Below, piece by piece: positions 1 through 9,545 of a stretch of DNA of 64,000 bases. Origin of the DNA: a virus (taxonomy: Duplodnaviria; Caudoviricetes); IMG/VR virus record IMGVR_UViG_3300025316_001101; one strand, written 5' to 3'. How positions within the stretch are numbered: position 1 is the first letter of the stretch; each line of letters opens with the position of its first letter. A model generated the notes under the pieces. That model saw nothing but the letters and a program-made list of their open reading frames with translations. It made no database searches and was not told where the DNA came from. Made by a program: the position numbers and the translations under genes.

Positions 1-991
1 CAAATAAATTCACGTTCCACAAGTATTCATTTCCAGCTTTTATTATAGTAGCAAAATTGAAAATATATTCTCTAGGAAGCGATTTCTCACAACATAGTCC
101 GTCCACTTCATATTCTTTCAAACCCACGTATCTAGCTCTTTCATCACAATAAACAAATGGAGATCTGGCCGCAATAGCTAATCGTGATATGCCAGAAAAT
201 ACGTCTAATACGCAATCTACACTTCGCATTAAAGCTAATACTTTATTAATGTCTTTTTCAGCCACACAAAGACATCTGCCTAATACATCTTGCGAAATAT
301 CGTGAGTGGAAAAATTTTGATAAACTACAGGCATAAACCCTTCATTTAATAACCTATTAACCAATTCCATCCAAAATCTTCTATCTGTCGCTAACCATTC
401 CACGTGTCCATGTATCCACTGCTGCACATTACGAGTTGGATGAAGCAGTATCTTTGGTTGGGTTTTAGATGTCAATTCTTGTAAAAATCCATGCCCCATT
501 ATAGACACTGAAGAAATAGATGGCAAGAACACCTTAACATGCTTAAATTTATCCCAAAACGCCTGTTGTATTCCTCTCTGATAAAACGATTCTAATGCCG
601 TTGGTCCAACAACATCCTCAAAAAAATAATGCAACTGACGCACGTGAGATACAGCCTGCGAGGATTCATTTGCAAATTCAAACGCCTCACGATGTAATGC
701 AAGTAATGATTCATCCTTGACCGACCAATATTCATCTACATTTGGAAACATAGATTCATATCCCGGCCAAGTACACAAAATAAAGTATTTGGAACCCTTC
801 AACTGTTCTCTATATCTTCTTAAAAGCATAGAAGATAAAATGCAAAGAGAACGCACATCACCAAAAAACCACATCACACATACATCAGACATTGATATGG
901 GCATACCATGAGTAGGCACTCTACTACGAACAAATCCAGATTTATCCGCAGCCCTCTTTAATATAGCATTTACATCAATATCACCGCTCAT
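1..991 (-). CDS. GT-B (GT9/heptosyltransferase-like) glycosyltransferase, truncated at window edge
   Basis: Not in the ORF track. Manual translation from ATG 991 (MSGDIDVNAILKRAADKSG...) stays open to base 1 (330 codons). Contains CTWPGYESMFPNVDEYW and LDVFSGISRLAIAARSPF, paralleling the upstream GT. Confidence 0.6.
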   Translation of the reverse strand, partial: MSGDIDVNAILKRAADKSGFVRSRVPTHGMPISMSDVCVMWFFGDVRSLCILSSMLLRRYREQLKGSKYFILCTWPGYESMFPNVDEYWSVKDESLLALHREAFEFANESSQAVSHVRQLHYFFEDVVGPTALESFYQRGIQQAFWDKFKHVKVFLPSISSVSIMGHGFLQELTSKTQPKILLHPTRNVQQWIHGHVEWLATDRRFWMELVNRLLNEGFMPVVYQNFSTHDISQDVLGRCLCVAEKDINKVLALMRSVDCVLDVFSGISRLAIAARSPFVYCDERARYVGLKEYEVDGLCCEKSLPREYIFNFATIIKAGNEYLWNVNLF

Positions 992-2168
992 TATTTGCTC
1001 CAATTCTTATGGAGTTATCATTAATCATTGATTGAACTGCCATATCTGATTCTAACATACCAAGCACCTCAGCATAATCACCGTGCTGCATTTCTTCTAT
1101 ACATTTTTTAACCAAATTAATAGCAGTATCATTATCTTCATGCACGCTCTTAAAATGCGACAAACAAAGCTTTCTAGGACCAAAATCACATAGATTTCTT
1201 CTATACCCCTCTTGTCCATTACCATAAATCTGATCTGGACTTTCAAATAAAAGATAAGGTACGCCCAACATGCCCGCTAATCGTGTAGATGCCGTCCAAA
1301 ACTGAACTGTAAAACTTAATCTAGAAACAATAGCCAAAGTTAACTCTAAATCCTTCGCCTCTTCCATTCTAGAAAAATCAATAACGCCTTCTACAGGACA
1401 CGGTTGTGTTGTTTGTTTTTCTCCCAACCATACCGGACTATAACCCATTTCCTTCAGCAACCCAATCAACTTTACATAAAATTCTGGCTGTAAATTACGT
1501 CCATAACATTTTCTGCCTCTAGCGAAAATTCCAACTGAATTCGATTTCAAATAACTATCCGCCTTTTCTAGCTTCTCCCTAGAGGGCGCAGGTAATCGCA
1601 CTACCATTTTTTTACTTTCTTGCACATTGTCAAAAAGTGACCTCATAACATCCTTGCTTTGACATGCTGGACATTCCGCTTTATCCGCCTCTGCCCACAC
1701 GGAACGACATTTCTTACAAACATTGCCTACAGTATATTGTCCAAGCATTGCCGATTGCAACACGTGCCCATATACCTTAACTTTCTCCTCTACTTTTTTC
1801 AAATTACGAGAATCATGATGAAAGGCTCTGCAATACTCCCGCAACCATTGATGCTCCTCTTTTAACTCCCAAAATTCATCCGCTAAATGTCGATAGAAAT
1901 ATTCTCTTCCATACCAACCCATAACGATTATGTAATACCCCGGAAAATTTTGCGCAATTCTTGATATGCTGTACAATACCCCCAAGGTCTCACATCCGAA
2001 CTCAGAGAAACACGAAATAATTAACGTGTTTTTAGGATTCGGCCTAGCACGATTGTTAAACTTGTGAATATTAAATTGCACATCTTCTATGCGCTCATGT
2101 TCCATGCGTGTCTGTGTGCCTGGATTAATAGGTTGTGGCTTAATTAGAGAACGTGGCTTAATTATCAC
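981..2168 (-). CDS. GT9-like glycosyltransferase with internal Zn-ribbon
   Basis: SEFGCE N-terminal motif; C-terminal VWLGE...DLELTLAIVSRLSFTVQFWTASTRLAGMLGVPYLL resembles GT9; CKKC...CPAC insertion. Confidence 0.6.
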   Translation of the reverse strand: MIIKPRSLIKPQPINPGTQTRMEHERIEDVQFNIHKFNNRARPNPKNTLIISCFSEFGCETLGVLYSISRIAQNFPGYYIIVMGWYGREYFYRHLADEFWELKEEHQWLREYCRAFHHDSRNLKKVEEKVKVYGHVLQSAMLGQYTVGNVCKKCRSVWAEADKAECPACQSKDVMRSLFDNVQESKKMVVRLPAPSREKLEKADSYLKSNSVGIFARGRKCYGRNLQPEFYVKLIGLLKEMGYSPVWLGEKQTTQPCPVEGVIDFSRMEEAKDLELTLAIVSRLSFTVQFWTASTRLAGMLGVPYLLFESPDQIYGNGQEGYRRNLCDFGPRKLCLSHFKSVHEDNDTAINLVKKCIEEMQHGDYAEVLGMLESDMAVQSMINDNSIRIGANNER

Positions 2169-2365
2169 TGTTGTTCCCCATTATATTTTATTTTCATCAT
2201 TTTGGCATTGCCGCCACACTTTAAGCACCTAAATTCCCTTGGCCTACCACAATGCGAACATTTCCTCACCTCGGTAAGACCCTTGAGATCATCGGCTGTG
2301 CCGTCACTTGTTCTACCCCAGCGACAACGAGGGCAGCGAATTATAAACGTCTTTGGTAAATCCAT
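2165..2365 (-). CDS. small Zn-ribbon protein
   Basis: CPRC, CSHC and CLKC in 66 aa. Confidence 0.7.
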   Translation of the reverse strand: MDLPKTFIIRCPRCRWGRTSDGTADDLKGLTEVRKCSHCGRPREFRCLKCGGNAKMMKIKYNGEQQ

Positions 2366-2386
2366 ACCATAATGTAGTAATCAACG

Positions 2387-2420
2387 AAAAAAGCCCACCC
2401 GGCTGTGCCGGGTGGGCTTT
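2387..2420 (-). terminator. GC-rich hairpin terminator, CCCACCCGGC family
   Basis: GCCCACCCGGC-TGT-GCCGGGTGGGC with a 6-T tail on the minus strand. Confidence 0.85.
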
Positions 2421-2424
2421 GTGT

Positions 2425-2955
2425 TTAATCTTCACCAAGATCGGAAAACGGTTTTTCCAGTAATAATCCCAAAAACTCTTTCATCCATTTATAGATTTTA
2501 CCCTGACGAGGAATTCCGTACTTAGGCATAGCATCTTCTTTGATCCATTCCCAAACATTAGTTCCGAATTCTGTTGCTCTAGCATAAAAATCACAACACA
2601 TCTCAGCCACATACAACCTGGGCATATTACTTGCACTTCCCCAAAATTCGGGGTGGTGTTTATTCGTTCTCTGATGATGAGATACGGCCAATGCTAAGGC
2701 TCCATTGCCATTAGTACGAGAGCCAACTAGATAATCCCATTCAATGCCAGACCATTTAGAATGATCGTGAGTTTGTCCTGCGGCAATAAGATGAATGCCC
2801 AAATCGATCTCACCTTTATCAATGAGTCGTCTACCAAGCAACTGACAGGCTTCTTGGACATTAGATATGTGGCGAAGGAGGGCGTCCACTTTTTCCTTAG
2901 CCCTAACACACTCTTCAAGACTGGGTTCGCCCCCGTCTCCCTCTAATTCGTTCAA
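2425..2955 (-). CDS. HD-superfamily phosphohydrolase (DUF5662-like)
   Basis: RHISNV...HDHSKW...HHQRTNKHHPEFW...MPRLYVAEMCCD pattern. Confidence 0.7.
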   Translation of the reverse strand: MNELEGDGGEPSLEECVRAKEKVDALLRHISNVQEACQLLGRRLIDKGEIDLGIHLIAAGQTHDHSKWSGIEWDYLVGSRTNGNGALALAVSHHQRTNKHHPEFWGSASNMPRLYVAEMCCDFYARATEFGTNVWEWIKEDAMPKYGIPRQGKIYKWMKEFLGLLLEKPFSDLGED

Positions 2956-2965
2956 GATTTTTCTC

Positions 2966-3349
2966 CTAATCCCAAGCCAATCGTTTGTCTCGCAACCATT
3001 GCGTTAAACTAATGGGGGAACAAGATTTATCATTGACACATAATACAAGTCGAATGTCAACTAGCCACACCCCGTCTTTCTTTTTTTCATAAAGCAACAC
3101 TTGTGGCAATTTAGATTGGTTGATCAATACAACCACTGCATCGTGTGATTCCTTAGGAGTTTTGACGGCCAACTCCCCTCGAATACGACGACCATCCTTC
3201 AACATAATATCAAATTCGCTTCCTGCTCCTTCCAATACCCCAATTGTAACAGCATCATGTGTACTGACAAGAGGTGGCAGAACTCTAGCTTTATGGCAAC
3301 CCGCCAAAAGAAGTAAACAAACAATAAATATACAAATTCTTTGCTTCAT
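2966..3349 (-). CDS. putative lipoprotein
   Basis: MKQRICIFIVCLLLLAGC: signal peptide with lipobox. Start reassigned to 3349. Confidence 0.6.
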   Translation of the reverse strand: MKQRICIFIVCLLLLAGCHKARVLPPLVSTHDAVTIGVLEGAGSEFDIMLKDGRRIRGELAVKTPKESHDAVVVLINQSKLPQVLLYEKKKDGVWLVDIRLVLCVNDKSCSPISLTQWLRDKRLAWD

Positions 3350-3350
3350 A

Positions 3351-3932
3351 TCAATCGCCTTGTGGTAGCACCGTATTTGGGAAAGCACGACCCAGTGCAT
3401 CACTCAACTCATCTATTTTACTACGCAAACTACTGATTGTAGACTCTACTTTTTTGTCGCCCTTACCTTCTCCGTCCAACGCTGCTATTTTGTCTTGCAG
3501 TCCATGCAATTTAATTTTCATCTCGGCCAATTCTTGAATTTGTTCTGGAGTGAATGTAACTCCCAACGGACCCGGTTCCATAGCCTGATCTTGCCCCACC
3601 GAAGCTGCCCGAATAGGGTTTGGTGATTGCGACATTGCTTTAGCGGTAGCCGCTGCTTGCTTTGCACTGTCTATTTTATTCTCATGCAATACAACATCTG
3701 GAGCGTCCCCAGCATTGCGAGACATATCATAGACTGTATTCCAATATTGAACATCGGCATCTTTAATGTCTTCGGTTGGGTGGGTATTGGCTGGACCGAA
3801 ATAACTCACATCTGCCGTTTGGCATGGAGTTGTCCTTTGTTTAGGTGCATCATCAAATGTTCCATTTGACATTGCTTTTTCCCACTTATCACACCATGTA
3901 TCAAACTGATCTTTCTGTGCTTCTATACTCAT
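3351..3932 (-). CDS. hypothetical protein, C-terminal coiled coil
   Basis: 193-aa ORF with GAGG SD and an upstream CTAAATA motif. Confidence 0.7.
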   Translation of the reverse strand: MSIEAQKDQFDTWCDKWEKAMSNGTFDDAPKQRTTPCQTADVSYFGPANTHPTEDIKDADVQYWNTVYDMSRNAGDAPDVVLHENKIDSAKQAAATAKAMSQSPNPIRAASVGQDQAMEPGPLGVTFTPEQIQELAEMKIKLHGLQDKIAALDGEGKGDKKVESTISSLRSKIDELSDALGRAFPNTVLPQGD

Positions 3933-4017
3933 ACTATTATCCTCTATTCTTGACTGGCCTTCTTTAATCTATTTAGTGACCAGCGACAAAATAATATCGG
4001 CCTATAATAGGTATAGC

Positions 4018-4482
4018 TCAGTCCACGGTTTTCTCAGAGACAACATCGTCTTCTTTGATTTTCTGTGTTTTTTCGATAAACATATCAAGATTTAAGATAG
4101 AAATCGAAGTCCAATGCGGATCGTCTTTGGGGAAATATTCAGGTTTAGTGTAATAATAAATATGCACTGTATAAGGATATGGTTTTTCAAGAATTTCCTC
4201 ATCTGTCATACCAGCGAGCATATCTTTCAACATCATCTTTGGCACAGTATAAGCATCTCTTTCGCATGCATATAAAAGCTTTCGCATGACCTGTGTTGCA
4301 GCTTCCATTTTATTGGGCAGCTTTAACAAATGAATCATGTGCCGTTTTTCATTTCCGGTCACAAATTCTGCTGCGTTGGCATAACAAACCATGATCTCGC
4401 CCTTTTCGGGCTTGTATCTCCGCACATCCCTGAAATACTGGTCGAAATTTTTGTCATCAATTATTAGTTCTTCTGTTTCCAT
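4018..4482 (-). CDS. hypothetical protein (probably leaderless)
   Basis: 154-aa ORF; TATGAT lies 5 nt before the ATG. Confidence 0.7.
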   Translation of the reverse strand: METEELIIDDKNFDQYFRDVRRYKPEKGEIMVCYANAAEFVTGNEKRHMIHLLKLPNKMEAATQVMRKLLYACERDAYTVPKMMLKDMLAGMTDEEILEKPYPYTVHIYYYTKPEYFPKDDPHWTSISILNLDMFIEKTQKIKEDDVVSEKTVD

Positions 4483-4496
4483 ATTCTATCATAGTT

Positions 4497-7184
4497 TTAT
4501 TTGATAATTTCTATCGTTGGTGACGGCCTTTCCATAATTGTCAATCGCACATCGTCTTTCTTTTCTTTAGGAATCACCTTATGTCGATATGCTTTGGGCG
4601 GGCTTTCAAAGGTGTAATTCTTAAATGGTGGCTTTGGCCGTTCCAATCTGACTTTTAATAAATGTCCCTTTCGTGAATCGGATTCCCAATACTGCAATTC
4701 AGATTCGAACCGCTTGTAATCCTCATCCCACATTGTCACCCCTTCTGTCTGCCATTCAGCATCCTCGACCTTGAAAACATAATAGGGATTTCCCGTCTTG
4801 GATTTCTTTTCAACAGGCCGTTCTATAACTCTAACCTCCACCACCGTAATGGCAATATCCTCTAAATCAACCCGGCGACGAAATTCTCCAAAGGTATATC
4901 CCTCATAATCTGGACTCTTTTCCAGCATATGTTCCCAACCAAATCCATAAAATTTATCTTCTGCCTCAATAGGATCTGCACGGAAGATCTTTGCCAATTC
5001 CTCATCAATCTTGCCAGGAGGTTCAAACCCCTCTAAAACAATAGGCTTATCCTCAGCCTGTTTTTCCCGAATGGAGATTACATTCTTCTTGTATTTGCCG
5101 ACATACTTCTTCCACTGTTTGACATCAAATTTATCTAAACAATCCGCCATCCATTCATTTAATGCAATATTGCAACCATCATCATCTAACTCAACACATT
5201 TATCTAAATGGGCAGCCGCCTGTTCTCTTATTTCGGCAGATTGTTCTGCTGTGATAATGCCCTTCAAACCTCTAGCATCGACCGCCAAAAACACAAGATC
5301 ATCAACTATTTCATTACGGCTTTTGACGTTACGCTTATCTCTGTCCACACGCTTCTTCATCTGCTCTTTGTAATATTCGGCAAATTCATAAAGTGTAACA
5401 GCACTCATACCAGTATCTTTGAAAACTCGCAATCCAATCAGCGGCTTGATTACAGCAGCGTCCGTACCAAATCTTGTCAAGAAATCTTCAAAACTGGCAT
5501 ATGGTTGGCCAGCAACGATCCGCTTGGCTACTTCTTCTCCAATTCCTTTGATATTGGCAAAACCAATATAAATTGAATCGCCTACAATAGAAAATTTAAC
5601 CTTAGACTTATTCAAATCCACACGATTGACTGCAATGCCAAACTTTTCGGCTTCCAGTTTATATTCTTTAACCTTTTCTTCATCCTCTTCACAACTCAAA
5701 ATAGCCGTAAAGAATTCCAAAGGATAATGAGCTTTTAACCAAAGAAGACGTGAACTGATATAGGTATAAGCCACCGCATGGCTCATGTTAAATCCATAAT
5801 CTGCAAACGCTTCAATATAGTCCCAAAGCTTAACAACGTCCTCTAATGGCCATTCTAATCGCTTCTGTCCTTCTTCCAAGAATTTATTCTTGTACTTAAT
5901 AAACTTATCAACCTTCTTCTTGCTAATAGCCTTACGTACAAGCTCACAATCCTTTAATGGAATATCACCTACGATATTCAAAATCTTCATAACCTGCTCT
6001 TGATAAACAAGAACGCCAAAGGTCTTGCCAAGTACCGGCTCCAACAACGGATGAATTTCGTAATGTTCCAATCCGTTCTTTCGGTCGCAGTAGTTCGTGG
6101 CCATACCCGAACCTAACGGCCCAGGACGATACAACGCAGTATAGGCCGCAAGATCATCGAAACTATACACGCCACCACGTTTTACCAATTCCCGCATTCC
6201 GGCCGAATCAAATTGGAATATGCATCGCAATTTACCCTGATTGGCTAAAGCCAATGCCTTGGGATCGTTAAGATATGAAATATCTGACCAACTTTCCCGG
6301 CCGGGCAACGCACAGATATTTTCAATACCATGCCGAAGCTTAATTTCTTCCGCAATTGACTTAGTGGTATTATCTGCTCGTTCAAGAATGATTCTAGCCG
6401 CTTGCGCAAGCTGTTCTAAGTTCGTTAGGCCAAGCACGTCATATTTAACCAATCCCACAGGCTGCAAGTCTTGTGCATGTAACCCTTCAGTCCAAGCTGA
6501 TACTGGGTTGCCATCCGAATCTGTGCATAGAGGGACAAGATCGGCAATGGGGATTCTAGAAATAATCAATCCCCCGGCATGCTTGCCACGACTCCTAATA
6601 CGATTCAACATCCGCTTGGCAGCCTTGGCAATATCGGGATGTATTTTACAATACTCTGCAAGATCCTTGTTTAACTCTAATGCCCGTTCCCAAGTCAGCG
6701 TCTTGCCTTCATCGTCTTTCAAACCCAACTTGGTCGTCACATTCAATACTTCATCACGATCTGCACTAAACACCTTAGCCATATCAATCAAAGAACTTTT
6801 GATTCCAAATGTATTATAACTTCCAATGTTACACACATTCTCTGGGCCAAATGTCTTAGGTGCCCACTCATCCTTGAGATACATCCGCACGTCCTTCTTA
6901 AAATCTACGTCAATATCAGGAAATTCGCCGTAAATGTAGACGGGCTGCTGACTCTCATCCCAGTCTTCACAAATACCCAACAGCAATGCGATCAACAAGT
7001 TATTTTCATTCCTGTCAATCTTCACTCCACGGTCATGCAAGTCCAGAAAATAATCGTGCTCATTGAAGTCGTCAACCGCCTTCAATTCCAACTTCATTCG
7101 CTTTTCATGTTCTTCACCATATCCGGCCAATTGTGCTATCGTAGTTTCGCACAATTGGATCAATCGTTCTTTTGAATCCATCAT
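4497..7184 (-). CDS. dnaE: DNA polymerase III alpha, C-terminal gene (catalytic Asp motifs, fingers, HhH, OB; no PHP)
   Basis: FPDIDVDF, GKHAGG, KYDVLGL, FQFDS, ALYRPGP, YQEQVM, YGFNMSHAVAY, GFANIKGIG, OB-like C-terminus. Confidence 0.95.
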   Translation of the reverse strand: MMDSKERLIQLCETTIAQLAGYGEEHEKRMKLELKAVDDFNEHDYFLDLHDRGVKIDRNENNLLIALLLGICEDWDESQQPVYIYGEFPDIDVDFKKDVRMYLKDEWAPKTFGPENVCNIGSYNTFGIKSSLIDMAKVFSADRDEVLNVTTKLGLKDDEGKTLTWERALELNKDLAEYCKIHPDIAKAAKRMLNRIRSRGKHAGGLIISRIPIADLVPLCTDSDGNPVSAWTEGLHAQDLQPVGLVKYDVLGLTNLEQLAQAARIILERADNTTKSIAEEIKLRHGIENICALPGRESWSDISYLNDPKALALANQGKLRCIFQFDSAGMRELVKRGGVYSFDDLAAYTALYRPGPLGSGMATNYCDRKNGLEHYEIHPLLEPVLGKTFGVLVYQEQVMKILNIVGDIPLKDCELVRKAISKKKVDKFIKYKNKFLEEGQKRLEWPLEDVVKLWDYIEAFADYGFNMSHAVAYTYISSRLLWLKAHYPLEFFTAILSCEEDEEKVKEYKLEAEKFGIAVNRVDLNKSKVKFSIVGDSIYIGFANIKGIGEEVAKRIVAGQPYASFEDFLTRFGTDAAVIKPLIGLRVFKDTGMSAVTLYEFAEYYKEQMKKRVDRDKRNVKSRNEIVDDLVFLAVDARGLKGIITAEQSAEIREQAAAHLDKCVELDDDGCNIALNEWMADCLDKFDVKQWKKYVGKYKKNVISIREKQAEDKPIVLEGFEPPGKIDEELAKIFRADPIEAEDKFYGFGWEHMLEKSPDYEGYTFGEFRRRVDLEDIAITVVEVRVIERPVEKKSKTGNPYYVFKVEDAEWQTEGVTMWDEDYKRFESELQYWESDSRKGHLLKVRLERPKPPFKNYTFESPPKAYRHKVIPKEKKDDVRLTIMERPSPTIEIIK

Positions 7185-7672
7185 TCATCCTCTTCGGTAT
7201 CTTCATCCTTCACAACAGCCTTAACCGCAGCCATCTCATCATCCTGCCAATTGCCGTAACGACGATTGATACAAAGGAATTCTTCCATGTCATGCGGCAC
7301 AACACGCTTCTTCACAGCATCTTCACTAGCATCACCCTCTTCATCAGCATCATATTCTACACCAATATGACAAAGTTCGTGATCCACCAAAGCCATCTTT
7401 CCCTTCTGAGAAAGAGCCGTCCAAATAATCTCGGGCACAATAATTGCATAAAATTCTTCGCCCTCTGGATTATCCGATGCTTGAGCGGCATTGAACCCCG
7501 ATACCTTGCGGCATAGGCCCCAAACTTCCTTACCGTTTCTTTTGGTCACTTTATCCGTAAACCAATAATCGACTCGAATCTTATAATCTGTAACTTCCGC
7601 ATGAAACTTGGGAATCAACTCTTCCGCAACTTCTTGTACTGAATCTGCTTTCCAAAACTTAGCTTTTGCCAT
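7181..7672 (-). CDS. phage metallopeptidase (HExxH)
   Basis: ALVDHELCH and HDMEEF motifs; SD AAAGG before MAKAK. Confidence 0.75.
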   Translation of the reverse strand: MAKAKFWKADSVQEVAEELIPKFHAEVTDYKIRVDYWFTDKVTKRNGKEVWGLCRKVSGFNAAQASDNPEGEEFYAIIVPEIIWTALSQKGKMALVDHELCHIGVEYDADEEGDASEDAVKKRVVPHDMEEFLCINRRYGNWQDDEMAAVKAVVKDEDTEEDE

Positions 7673-7717
7673 TGTTATACCTTTCTGTAAATGATTGTTT
7701 CCATACAAGACTATAGC

Positions 7718-7752
7718 AAAAAAGCCCCATCTCCGCAAGGCGGAGATGGGGC
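7718..7752 (-). terminator. hairpin terminator
   Basis: GCCCCATCTCCGC..GCGGAGATGGGGC with a T tract on the minus strand. Confidence 0.8.
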
Positions 7753-7776
7753 CAGGATTATGGCAATGGGCTTAGG

Positions 7777-8283
7777 TCACGTTACTGGTTGAAACCCCAT
7801 TGCCTCTAGCAACTTGGACATGTATTCGGTTACAAACTTGCCGATGCCCAAGCTTTTAGTTTCACGGTTCCCCGCTACATTTAATGTCTGAATGTTTTGA
7901 TCCTTAATCCAGGAAATCACCTCCTCAATAGGAATTGGATTTTTAACATCCACATCAATGATTGGTTTCCCGTATTCCCGCACTGCTTTCAACGTACATG
8001 TTTCCCCTGGAGACCGCCAATCTGAAGCAAATCGTATAGTACCATCAGAGTCTCTAGCGTTAGCCTTAGTCCTTAGTACATATGCTATATGGTCATTGAC
8101 TTTTCCAGCAACCGGTTTGTGTTCTTTCAATCCGTACTCTTGCTCGTATTCCGGCTTAGGTCCATTCTCTGTAATCCACCCCAGCGGCATCCATCCACCG
8201 GTTTCGACACCATACTTCTTGGCTGCAATCAAACCAGCAATGTCCGATCCACTCTGCCCACCACTGACTACACGACTTAACAT
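7777..8283 (-). CDS. putative molybdenum-carrier-like (SLOG fold) protein
   Basis: VVSGGQSGSDIAGL, GGWMPLG, RTKANARDSDGT, TLNVAGNRE. Confidence 0.85.
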   Translation of the reverse strand: MLSRVVSGGQSGSDIAGLIAAKKYGVETGGWMPLGWITENGPKPEYEQEYGLKEHKPVAGKVNDHIAYVLRTKANARDSDGTIRFASDWRSPGETCTLKAVREYGKPIIDVDVKNPIPIEEVISWIKDQNIQTLNVAGNRETKSLGIGKFVTEYMSKLLEAMGFQPVT

Positions 8284-9212
8284 ATCTCTTTCCTCAAAAT
8301 TTCCTCGATGTGATTATACTCAAAAAACGGTATTCGCAGAAGCCTAATCTTATTATCTGCACAAAATTTTGACTTTATCTCATCATGATGTTTGACTTTC
8401 TGTAAATATCCCCTGCCACCAAAACATGCTATCGGCCTATAGTGTTGTTCTCCATCATACTCTATGCATAAATTCCGTTCACTAAGATAGAAGTCAAACG
8501 ATAATTCTAATTTATTTATACAACCTTGGAACTTCTTTTCCGCCTCATACTGAAATCCATTAACTTGCAAAAACTTTTCTATCTTCAACTCGCCTTTAGA
8601 TGCATCGCATTTAGGACAGCCTTGTTCGTGATATAAATGCGCACCTGCCAACTGCATAAACACATAATCGTGTTTCTTACATCTAATCTTTATTTTAACA
8701 CGATTGCCTCTGTAATCTCCATAATACTCATACCGATCATCGTGTAATATTCTACATCTGTCCTCAAACACACTCACTAACATCGGAAGATTTTGCGGTA
8801 AACAACGATACTGACATTTTTTGCAACCGCATCCAGATAAGTGGCTACTAGCCCTTTGTTTGAATATGTCCCCGCATATATTACACTTTATACGAACCGG
8901 TGCGTGTACATTCTTGTACATTCCTACATATTCATATTTATCTCCATGCACCTTCTTGGCTGCTGCCACAAAATTTTCATGCCCTTGAGATTGGTTTTGT
9001 GACAATTTCTTGTATTGACATTTTTTACAACCATTGCCCTTCAAATGATTATGTGGTAAAATTTTCCATTTATGTCCACACTTATTACATTTTACTTTAA
9101 CCTTTACCGTAGATTTCACATATACGATTTCGGAATAATCATATGTATTTCCATGCACCGTCTTAGCTCGCTCTATGAACTTCTGTGTATTTAATCGTTC
9201 CCACTTTGCCAT
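8277..9212 (-). CDS. putative homing endonuclease: three Zn-binding repeats plus Vsr/DUF559-like PD-(D/E)xK domain
   Basis: Repeated (V)HG..Y.Y...Y......V..KC..C..........HL.G.GC.KC; C-terminal SKGE...FDFYL...CIEYDGEQHY...LLRIPF. Confidence 0.8.
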   Translation of the reverse strand: MAKWERLNTQKFIERAKTVHGNTYDYSEIVYVKSTVKVKVKCNKCGHKWKILPHNHLKGNGCKKCQYKKLSQNQSQGHENFVAAAKKVHGDKYEYVGMYKNVHAPVRIKCNICGDIFKQRASSHLSGCGCKKCQYRCLPQNLPMLVSVFEDRCRILHDDRYEYYGDYRGNRVKIKIRCKKHDYVFMQLAGAHLYHEQGCPKCDASKGELKIEKFLQVNGFQYEAEKKFQGCINKLELSFDFYLSERNLCIEYDGEQHYRPIACFGGRGYLQKVKHHDEIKSKFCADNKIRLLRIPFFEYNHIEEILRKEIC

Positions 9213-9271
9213 ACGCCTCCCAATAATTTCTGGTTATCAAACATATGTATGCTTGTAAGCCGGAAATTATT

Positions 9272-9526
9272 TCATCTCCAATAGTGATAATAGTAAGGGC
9301 TGTAATAAGGACTGTAATACGATTGAATAAACGGTGACTGTCGATCTGAAAATGGCGTAGGATAACTAGGAAGAGCAGGATATGGATATGGCAAAGAGCC
9401 TGGAGTCACTCGCACAGCCCGATTCCTCTCCATATCTTGATAAACCGACTCTATCCTCATTGCAGGCGTGGGGTGCAAAGGAGGCGGCGAAGCCCCCAAT
9501 AAGGCACATAAAATAAATGCATACAT
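9272..9526 (-). CDS. small secreted Pro/Tyr-rich protein
   Basis: Hydrophobic N-terminus; YYSPYYSPYYYHYW tail. Confidence 0.55.
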   Translation of the reverse strand: MYAFILCALLGASPPPLHPTPAMRIESVYQDMERNRAVRVTPGSLPYPYPALPSYPTPFSDRQSPFIQSYYSPYYSPYYYHYWR

Positions 9527-9545
9527 ACATATCTCCTAATTTTAT

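Noticed and set aside
5780-5830. Split intein as the explanation for the two dnaE genes
   Set aside because: The usual intein site reads FADYGFNMSH uninterrupted, and neither gene end has Cys/Ser-start or His-Asn-end splicing motifs.
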